Part shown: positions 55,931-64,000 of the stretch, in pieces
Position numbering within the stretch: the first letter of the stretch is position 1
Layout of the letters: each line of letters starts with the position of its first letter
NCBI GenBank assembly: GCA_965240325.2
Contig: OZ251230.1
Coordinates: 310,001 to 374,000 of the forward strand
Direction of reading: 5' to 3'
Source of the DNA: Rebecca billardiae RCC1528
Taxonomy: Eukaryota; Protista; Haptophyta
Length of the DNA: 64,000 nucleotides
The notes under the pieces: generated by a model
What the model was told of the DNA's origin: nothing
The model's input: the letters and a program-made list of their open reading frames with translations, nothing else
Databases searched by the model: none
Translations under genes and position numbers: made by a program

Positions 55931-57157
55931 TCTGGTGAACACAGCTTTAAACAATTTTAATTCGTGAGAAAGCCCTGGGAGACCCAGCTCCGACCCCCTT
56001 TAATTGTGTGTCCAATACTGCTGTAGAAAGTAATACCGGAGTAGGAATACGAACAATGGGGCCTCAAACGTTTTTTGATTAGGCACGCCTCGGGAATCGA
56101 GAACGCATGTCGTTACCTTTTTGAGCGCGCATCATAGGGATGTCGTTGCGATTCCCACCTATTTGTTGACGCTTTTCTACGACCATCCGCTCCCCAGTCG
56201 GCGACGCACAAGTGCTTTCGCCGCCGCGCCGCGTGCGCTCGGCACACACGATTGAGTATGACGAACGAGCGCGCTGCTGCAGGAGGCGAAGGCCGCGCGC
56301 GACACGCAGAATGGCGCTCAGCCGGCGTGGCTCGACTCGCACACACGTGCGCGACCGAGGAACAGCTCCGCGGGCCTCCGCCGCCAACTCCCAGCGCCGG
56401 ATGCCATCGTCGGCGTCGCGAGGAACTGCGCCGATCTGGCGGAGATCCAGCGGCACGTGGCGGCGATCAAGCAGCCGCGACCGCATCAGATGACGTGCAC
56501 GAACGGCCTAATGGAGAAGCTCGTACCACAAGCCTACCATAAGCCACCCGCTCGGCGACTTGCCCGACTACTACTACTCGCCCCGCTGGCTCGTCATCAA
56601 CAGGCACGGCCTTCGAGCCGTCACCCGCGCCGCCCGCGGCTCGCGGCGCCATCGCGGACCGGCGTGCCCGCCGGCGCGAGCTGCACAACACAACATGCAC
56701 ACCGACGCGAGCCGCTCGTACCACGTCGTGCCCGACGGGCCGTGCTCAGCGACGGCTTAGCAGGAGTCTACGCCGTGCAGTCGCGCCGGTTGTGCCCTGC
56801 CGGCCTGCACCGCTCGCCCCGCACCTACAGCCAGTGGGCCATCCGCGGTGCGTGCCGTTGCCGTGACGTCGTGCCCGAGCGGCTGTGCGCAGCGACGACC
56901 GCATCGACGCGCGCCTCGCCGTGCGCCTCGGTGGGCCTTGCAGAAGTGCCGCGCTGCCGCGCCTGGCTTAATCGCACGCGCGACAATGCGTTATGCGGCG
57001 CGCCACCAGATGATAGCTACCATCAGTCAGCGCTGAACGGCCAACTCGTCCCATCGTCGTCGGGTCTGCTGGCCCTGGGAAGCTTCTCCGTCGCGTCCTA
57101 CACGCGCTGTGTTCGACCAGCCCCACCGGGACAAGGCCGCAAGGCCCCCGCTGTTTT
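55931..57157 (+). mobile_element. Helitron2-like element, copy 4 (solo)
   Basis: Same 5' TCTGGTGAACACAGC, 3' GCTGTGTTCGACCAG and hairpin GGCC-GCAA-GGCC; its different flanks define the element ends. Confidence 0.72.
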
Positions 57158-57634
57158 ACGGTATTGGCCGGCGGAGGCCGTCGTCGAACCGAGAATAATC
57201 GATCATCATCGAGGACGCCGAGATACGATCCGAGATGCGGTCCGCGAGACCGAGGGCGATGCCGCCGCGGCCGACTCGGACGAAGTCGGATGGGACTGAG
57301 GCTGCGGAGGGTCCGACTCAGCCCATCGGCATCGCGTCAGCATCAACTTGCTTCATCCGTCACATCAACGCCAATGGCAGCAGACTATTACTCTAGTCAG
57401 ATGTCTCATGCAGCTATCGATGAATATAACGACTCATCAATCATATACGTCTGACGATCATATGATGTGAATCGAAGCCCCAGACGGCCCAGACCCAGCA
57501 GTCCGGTCCGATCAGTACTGCTAGCTAGCAGCAACAGCTGCTAACAAGTCCTACTCTATATCGCATCACTCAGCCATACCCGCATACCGTCGACGACGGA
57601 TTCGGATGATGACGACTCTGCTGACTAATATAAT

Positions 57635-57838
57635 AAATTCCGCCCCTTATTTATAACGGGCTCCGGGTGATCAGACTGGGCGACTGGCGGCCGAGCCCGA
57701 GGCCGAATAAGCCTCCACTTCCAGCCCTACCGGCTACGCGGGGCCCCCTGGCCGCAGCCCCCAACGGGCTCCGAACCAACCGCACCACCCCCATCCAACC
57801 TCAAACCACTGACCGAGACACCCAGTGCCCTGACACCT
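57635..57838 (-). repeat. Repeat family B copy with many micro-insertions
   Basis: Collinear with 26400..26520 and 63760..63901. Confidence 0.8.
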
Positions 57839-57969
57839 CGTCGGATGATATATTGACAATCAAGTCCGTAGTTGTCATTTTCGTAGTCCGTCAGTCGTCA
57901 CTGACCGTCGGTCGGAGGCGGCGGGCCGCGCGGCGCCGCGCAATCGATCCGATCCTTGATGGCGTAAAG

Positions 57970-58050
57970 CAGCGGTCACGTTCAGACAGGGCCAGCCCGC
58001 TATGAGAGTGCGGATTCCCAGCTCTGCCGTCATATCGCCGTGCAGTGCGC
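57970..58050 (-). promoter_or_regulatory. SECIS element (type II) in the 3' UTR of the selenoprotein U gene
   Basis: Minus strand: CACG..ATGAC-GGCAGAGCTGG-GAA-TCCGC-loop-GCGGG-CTGGCCCTGTC-TGAA-CGTG, giving the UGA/GA core, 11-bp helix II, unpaired AA and an apical minihelix. Confidence 0.88.
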
Positions 58051-58096
58051 CCAGCAGCTTCGATCGCCGTCGCCGTTTCCAATGTGTTGAGGAAGC

Positions 58097-58854
58097 CTAC
58101 TGCTCGCACGCGGGTGCGGCCGTGCTCGCGCGCGTGGCTGCGGCTATCACCTCCTCGAGCGGCGCGTGGTCGCCTGGGCGCAGCCGGGGACAGGGCGCGC
58201 TGGTGGGTGAGCGCGGCGGCCGGGGCACGGGCGTTCAAGACACGCGCGTGCGCGCGCGCGCGCACCGATGGCCTGCTCGTGGAAGCCCCAGACGAGCTCG
58301 CCGCCCTGGCGCATCACGAGCAGCCCGCCGGTGATCAGCCCCTCGCCCTTGAGGTTGCCGTCGTACCCCTTGCCCGCCTTCATGTTGGCGTTGGTGCGGG
58401 TGAGCGGGTTGAGCGCGCCGAGGATGAAGCCCGCGAGCGACTTCTTGTCACGCTTGCCCCCGCCCACCGCGTCGAAGAAGCCCATCGCCTCGTCGAGGTA
58501 CACCTCGCCTCCGGGCCACACCGCCTTTTCGAACTCGCCCACCTCGTCGTTCAGGTTCTCCTTGACGACGCAGACGAGCCGGGCACGACCGAGCTCCGAC
58601 CGGCGCTTGTACAGCTGGTCGGCCTCGGCCCTGCACAGGGGTCAGCCCGGGCGGCGCAGCACGAGCACGACCACGGGCGCCGCCGCCCAAAGGTCGCTTG
58701 CGCTGATGGTCGCGCCGTGCTCGGGCATCAGCTGCACGAGCTTCGTCATGGGCGACGGTGCGACCGGCACGCGCGCGGCCTCGGCAATGGCGAGCAGGCC
58801 GAGCCCGCGGGTGAGAAACCGCGCTGGGCCGTACATCAGCCAGTCGAGGAGCAT
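58097..58854 (-). CDS. SELENOU: Selenoprotein U / peroxiredoxin-like 2A; Sec TGA at 58642-58644; intron 58174..58265
   Basis: VLRRPG-(TGA)-PLCRAEA gives UxxC; the frame continues to GNLKGEGLITGGLLV and spliced GDHAPLEEVIAAA; SECIS downstream. Confidence 0.9.
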
Positions 58855-59137
58855 GCCCGGCTGCCGCCCGCGCTCCCTGCCGAGAGGGCGGCGCAGCAAA
58901 GGCCGCGGACGGAACCTGTTGGCCCGGCGAGCCAGGATTCGGGCCGCGCGTGCGCAACTGCGCATCATGATTTCTCAGCGTCGACCTCGGCCCGGCCCGC
59001 CCGGCCGGCCGGGCCGGGGGGGCCGGCGCCGCCCGGCGAGTCTGAGAAAAGCCGAGCCAAGTCAACGTCTGTCCGTGTTTCGGTCACGTCCAGGCGCACT
59101 GGCCTTGTCTTTGGCGCGATCCTGCGTTGACGCGGGC

Positions 59138-61186
59138 ATGGCTGGCACCACGAGCGACCTGGCGCGCGTGCGGGAGCGCTTCAGCCGCATCGCCGGCCGC
59201 GCACCGCACGCGACGATGTCTTATGAGGCCTTCATCGCCGACCTCGTCCAGCGCGACGTGCCGCTGCCGGCGGCACGCGCCGCGCACACGACCGTGGCGG
59301 GCGCGGGTGGCGCCGTGTCCTTCGACGCGTACGCGTTCGTCGTCGGCGCGCTGGAGCGCCCGCACGGCGCACCCGCGAGCGCCGTCGAGCTGAACGCGCT
59401 CGCACACCGCCTGCGCGGCCACCACTCCGTCGGCGACGTCATCCGCGAGCTGGCGCCCTCGAGCGCGCACGTCGCGTGGTGCGCGCATGCGATCGGCGGC
59501 GCGGAGGCGTCGGACTCGCCCGCGCGGGCGCCAGCAACAGAGCTGCTCGGCGAGCAGAGCGCGCCGCTCGCGCGCATGCGCGCGCTCGGCCTCGAGCCGG
59601 GCGACCTACTCCGCGCCCACGCGCGCGAGCGCCGGCGCGTCGTGCTCGACGGCCGCTCGGCGCGCGCGACGCTCGGCCCCCGGCGCAACGGCCATGACGC
59701 AGGGCACGGCGGCGGCAGCTGGGGCGAGGGCTGCGCGGCAGCGTCGAGCGCGAGCGCGCACGCGGCCGCGCCCACGCTGGGCCGCCCGTCGGCGCACAAG
59801 GTGGTGCACGACTCCGTCTGCATGCCGCTGCTGCCTGCCGAGCCGCAGCTGCCCTCGCCGCGCGTCGGCGAGCGCGCGCCGCAGCCTCCGCCCGCCACGC
59901 ACATCGCGTCCGAGCGCGTGGTGGCGGAGCACATGAGCAGCGGGCTGGTGGTGGATCCGGAGATGCTCACCGCCAGCCGGTGGCGCGGCCCGCTCGCCCC
60001 CGCGCGCGGCTCGCTCCCCTTCGAGCTCTCGCGCAGCCTCGTGGGCCGCGCGCAGGCGATGGCAGCAGACGTGGTCGCGGGCCGACCGCTCGCGCCGAGC
60101 GGCGCGGGCTCGGGCGCGACAGCGGGCGCGGGCGCGGCTGCGGCCGCGGGCAGCGGCGGCATCTCGCCCGTGCTCGCGCGGCTGCTGGGCACGGCTGACC
60201 CCGCCGCGGCCGTCTCCGCGCTCGAGGAGCTCCTCCGCGCGTGCGCCGCCATCCTCGCCGCGCAGCCCGCGCTCGTGCGCGCGCGCGCCCCGTGCAAGGT
60301 GGTCGGTGACGTGCACGGCCAGCTGGCAGACTTGCTGGCGCTGCTGCACCTCTTCGGCTTCCCGAGCTCGCACGGGCCGGGCGGCGACGTGGAGGTGGTG
60401 TCGTACGTGTTCAACGGCGACTTTGTCGACCGCGGGGAGCACCAGCTCGAGACGGCCGCGCTGCTCTGCGCCGCCAAGGTCGCCTTCCCCACGCGCGTGC
60501 TGCTCGTGCGCGGCAACCACGAGATGCGCGAGATGAACAGGGAGCAGGGCGACGGCGCGCTCGGCTTTGAGCGCGCGTGCGCGCTCGCGCTGGGCGATGG
60601 CGCGCTGGGGGCGCGCGCGTTCGACGCGTGCCACGCGGCCTTCGACTGGCTGCCCATCGGCTGCCTCGTCGCGTCCACCGCGCTCGTCGTGCACGGCGGC
60701 CTGGGCGACGGCTCGTGGGGCGTGCGCCAGCTCGAGGCGGAGGCGGAGGCGTGCCGCCCGCTGCGCGACCTCTCGCGCGCGCCCGACTCGGTGGTGCAGG
60801 CGCTGTGGTCTGACCCGGTGGACGAGTCGGCGCCGGCCGGGCAGCCCGCGCACGCGCGCGACCCGACCGGCCGGATCAAGCTCACGCGCGCCGCGGACAC
60901 CGCCGCCTTCTGCGCGAGAGAGGGGCTCTCGCTGGTCGTGCGCTCGCACCAGTGCGTGAGCGGCGGCTTCCGCGTGGCGCACGGCGGGCGCATGGTCACC
61001 GTCTTCTCCGCGCGCGACTACCACAACGGCGCGCACACGAACGACGGCGCGCTGCTCCTGCTCGCCGAGGACGACGAGGGCCACATGCGGCTGCGCACCA
61101 AGGTGCTCGCCTCGCGCGCTCGCGGCGACGACAGCGACGAGGGGCACGCGCTCGTGAGCCCGCTCGTGGACAACGCTGTGAGTTGA
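59138..61186 (+). CDS. PPP-family Ser/Thr protein phosphatase with long N-terminal extension
   Basis: GDVHG, GDFVDRG, RGNHE, VHGG, LWSDP, RSHQ, TVFSARDY. Confidence 0.9.
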   Translation: MAGTTSDLARVRERFSRIAGRAPHATMSYEAFIADLVQRDVPLPAARAAHTTVAGAGGAVSFDAYAFVVGALERPHGAPASAVELNALAHRLRGHHSVGDVIRELAPSSAHVAWCAHAIGGAEASDSPARAPATELLGEQSAPLARMRALGLEPGDLLRAHARERRRVVLDGRSARATLGPRRNGHDAGHGGGSWGEGCAAASSASAHAAAPTLGRPSAHKVVHDSVCMPLLPAEPQLPSPRVGERAPQPPPATHIASERVVAEHMSSGLVVDPEMLTASRWRGPLAPARGSLPFELSRSLVGRAQAMAADVVAGRPLAPSGAGSGATAGAGAAAAAGSGGISPVLARLLGTADPAAAVSALEELLRACAAILAAQPALVRARAPCKVVGDVHGQLADLLALLHLFGFPSSHGPGGDVEVVSYVFNGDFVDRGEHQLETAALLCAAKVAFPTRVLLVRGNHEMREMNREQGDGALGFERACALALGDGALGARAFDACHAAFDWLPIGCLVASTALVVHGGLGDGSWGVRQLEAEAEACRPLRDLSRAPDSVVQALWSDPVDESAPAGQPAHARDPTGRIKLTRAADTAAFCAREGLSLVVRSHQCVSGGFRVAHGGRMVTVFSARDYHNGAHTNDGALLLLAEDDEGHMRLRTKVLASRARGDDSDEGHALVSPLVDNAVS

Positions 61187-61267
61187 CAGAGGCGCCGCCC
61201 GCCAGCGCGCGACAGCCTGCCGTCTCCGACGGTCGTGCGCGCCACAGCGCCCCAGTGCAGAGCAGCT

Positions 61268-61312
61268 ACAGTTGACAAAGACTGATGATGAGAGACGCGC
61301 ACAGCTCAGGCA
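61268..61312 (-). repeat. Dispersed repeat family A, diverged copy
   Basis: Reverse complement TGCCTGAGCTGTGCGCGTCTCTC...GTCAACTGT. Confidence 0.6.
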
Positions 61313-61461
61313 CCCTTCAATCCGCCTTGCATCGCATGACCGTCCGCCATCGTGGCGGTGAGCGACGAAGCACGAGCGAGCGCTGCAGCGCGCGGGTAGC
61401 AAGCGCCGCGAAGTCCTCCCCGGCGCGGCTGTTGGCCTCGACGCGCGTGGCTGCGAGCAGC

Positions 61462-63241
61462 ATGTCGAAGACGGCAGAGAAGAAGATGGAGAACCCGATG
61501 GAGAAGCTGCTGCCGCAGGTGGTCGTGACGCCCAAGCAGTTCTTCGAGGAGCTCAACGCCCGCCTCGACATGCTGCCCACAGACCACGTGATCGCCAAGA
61601 TGATCCTCAGGCTGAGCGAGGAGGACGAGAGCTTCGTCTCGCTGGACGACGGCTCGACGGCGGGCACGCTGAAGGCGGTGGGCGCGCGCTTCGAGTCCTG
61701 CTGGCCGCAGGGCACGCCGCTCAGCTCCCCGCCCGCCATCGCCCTCATCGGCGCGGCGCGCGCGCGAGACCCTCGGCTGCAGAAGATGGGCGACAGGCTC
61801 GTGCCCAAGCGCGCGAGCGAGCGCGACTTCTGGCGGCACTACTTCTCGCGCGTGCACGCGTACCTCTCCTCGGCGTTTCCGAGCTCGGGCGACAAGGTGG
61901 CGTGCCACCTCGACTCGCTGCCCAAGCCCAGGCCGGCCGAGCAGCGTCGGTTCGCGCCGGCCGAGCAGCTGCAGTCTGACGGCAAGGTGGAGCGCAAGGC
62001 GCTCAAGACGTTCATCACCACGGCGGCGAAGATGATGTCGTCGGAGGAGACGATGCTGATGGCGTCGAAGGCGGCCGCCGACGAGGACGCGAACATCGGC
62101 GCGATCCTCCTCGAGCAGCAGCTCGAGCTGATGGAGTCGATGGGCATCGAGCGCAAGTTTGGCTGCACCGTCATGTCGCCCGACGCGGTCCGCGCGATCT
62201 ACCCCGACGACGAGGAGCTGCTGGGGCTGATCAACCAGTTCATGCAGACGTGCAACACGGCGGGGAAGCTCGCGTCGCAGCAGGCCATGTCGCGCGCCAA
62301 GGCCGACCTCTCCCTCCGCCGCCTCCAGCCCGCCGCCACCCTCGTCTCGAGGGGCGACGTCCCGATCGCCCGGCTGGTCGAGGTGATGGAGCAGATCACC
62401 ACGCACGTCGCGAGGAGCGAGGAGGTGAAGGCGGCGCTGATGGACGAGGTGAGGGCGGGCACGCCGGCGCAGGTGACGCTCGGCCGGTGGCAGCGCGAGT
62501 TCCTCGAGCACTCCGGGCTGCAGCAGGACTTTGGCATGTCGCTGCTCAAGTCGGTGCCCGCGGCCGCGCAGAAGGCGAGCGCCGAGGGCAAGGGGCCGGA
62601 CGGTGCGGAGGCGAAGGCGCTCAAGGCGCTCATCGCGATGAACGAGGCGATCACCGAGCTGGCGCGCGACGCGAGCATCGAGGCGCGCAAGCCGACCCTC
62701 GCCGACATCGAGCGCCGCCGCTTCCGCCCGGCCAACGCCGACGGCGGCCCCGAGCTCCTCTCCGAGGGCGAGGTGCCGCGCGAGCTGCTGCTGCGCTTCT
62801 GCTCCGAGGTGTACAAGGTGCTCATCTCGGACGAGTCCATCTCGCTGCTCGCCGACGCGAGCCCGGACAAGATGGGCGAGCTCTCGATCACGTGGCAGCG
62901 CGAGTACCTCGAGCACGTGGGCATCGAGCAGGTGCGCGCGCGCGCGCGCGCGCGCGCGCGCTCGCCCGCGCGCCCGAGAGGCAGCGGCTGACTGTGAGCC
63001 GGCGCGCCGCCTCCTCGCGCCACCGCTGCGCGTCCGACAGGACCACGGCTGCCGCCAGCTCTCCGAAATCCCCAAGCACTACCAGAACGACCGCGATGTG
63101 ATGAAGGCCTTCCAGGCGTTCCAGACCGCCTGCATGATCGCCATGAAGAAGGCGATGATGGTGCGCGCCGAGCGCGAGCAGAAGAAGAAGGAGCAGGCGG
63201 CCGAGATGGCCGAGGAGACGAGCAAGGCCCCTGCCGCCTGA
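61462..63241 (+). CDS. BSD-domain protein with three internal helical repeats; intron 62932..63040
   Basis: DPRLQKMGDRLVPKRASERDFWRHYFSRV (BSD); repeats QQLELMESMGIERKFG, WQREFLEHSGLQQDFG, WQREYLEHVGIEQDHG. Confidence 0.78.
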
Positions 63242-63759
63242 CCGCACGCGTCACACGCCTTGCGTTTGTAGCGAGGGCGGTCCGCTGCGCCTGGCGGCAC
63301 TGCATGCTACATAGATATTTCACAGCGGCACACAGCGCGGCTGGCGCGCGACACTGATCATGGCGGCATCACGGAGCCGGAGCTGTTGGCCGCAGGCGCC
63401 GCTGCCGGGCGCGGGGCGGGCGGGTGCGGCACTGCGGCAGCGCCATCGGAGCGCTGCAGTGCCTGCACTTGTGCCGTGTGCGGCCCGTGGGCGTGAGCCC
63501 GTCGGGTCGGGCCTGCTGGCCTGGCATGTACAGCTCGTCATTCGATATCTCTAGCCGATCAAGTGGCATATCAAAATGCTCTGCCTTCTGTCTACTTCTG
63601 CCGCTAAATGGCTAATAAGCTTGACTATGACAAGGATAGCTGCTCACTCTGATAGCTGTGACGGTTGCCCCGCTCAGTCTGAGCTGTCGTTGGGCTTGTA
63701 TGCTGTCGGCAATGGCATACCCCCGCCCCCTCTGGAGGCGGGCTGTCCACAGCGGAGTG

Positions 63760-63901
63760 GCGGTGTCAAGGCACTTGGTGTATCGGTCAGTGGTTTGAGG
63801 TTGGGTGAGGGTGGTGGTTGGTTGGGGGCTGGCCAGGGTAGGGCTGGAGGCTTCGGCCGCCAGTCTGATCACCCGGAGCCCGTTATTATAAAGGGGAATT
63901 T
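63760..63901 (+). repeat. Repeat family B copy, G-rich strand on +
   Basis: GGTCAGTGGTTTGAGGTTGGG...GGCTGGAGGCTTCGGCCGCCAG...ATAAAGGGGAATTT. Confidence 0.85.
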
Positions 63902-64000
63902 TAAATGTCTCAGTCGATCCGGATTGATCGATGATGGCGGTGTGATCGCACGGCCAACCGGCATTCCGGCAACCTGTAATGATGGCGGCGCAGGAATGAG

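Noticed and set aside
58268-59137. N-terminal 290 aa of ORF 58268..61186
   Set aside because: Antisense to the SelU gene; the phosphatase probably starts at 59138.
1-64000. tRNA, rRNA, snRNA genes and telomeric arrays
   Set aside because: None recognised by eye; tRNAscan-SE/Infernal would be needed to exclude them.

Overview
Very GC-rich, gene-dense eukaryotic DNA with short GC-rich spliceosomal introns. The most likely source is a haptophyte microalga such as a Pavlovales species; this is an inference from composition, intron style, plastid-type signal peptides and a selenoprotein. About 21 intact protein genes are present, including PIS, a PGDH-like dehydrogenase, fibrillin, a CS-domain protein, an APH-like kinase, a PAI-like flavoenzyme, CSTPP1, a methyltransferase-LRR fusion, a VOC protein, a GT23-like fucosyltransferase, SBNO, a CEP164-like WW protein, leuA, URB2, an SDR, MaoC, a macrodomain protein, a PPP phosphatase and a BSD-repeat protein. 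The region from 4.4 to 27 kb is rich in transposon-derived sequence. Features the ORF track misses: (i) a selenoprotein U/PRXL2A gene with an in-frame TGA (UxxC) and a canonical type-II SECIS; (ii) a 3.05-kb element with 24-bp TIRs and a 5-bp TSD carrying a decayed Rad54-like SNF2 helicase and a convergent unknown gene, the best candidate for an undescribed element; (iii) four Helitron2/Helentron-like copies, three in tandem, one a recombinant chimera; (iv) a foldback element with a 4-bp TSD, a second TIR element with a 70-bp internal palindrome, and two dispersed short repeat families; (v) apparently insertion-biased divergence among repeat copies. Family calls come from recognised motifs, not database searches. 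No rRNA, tRNA or CRISPR array was found.
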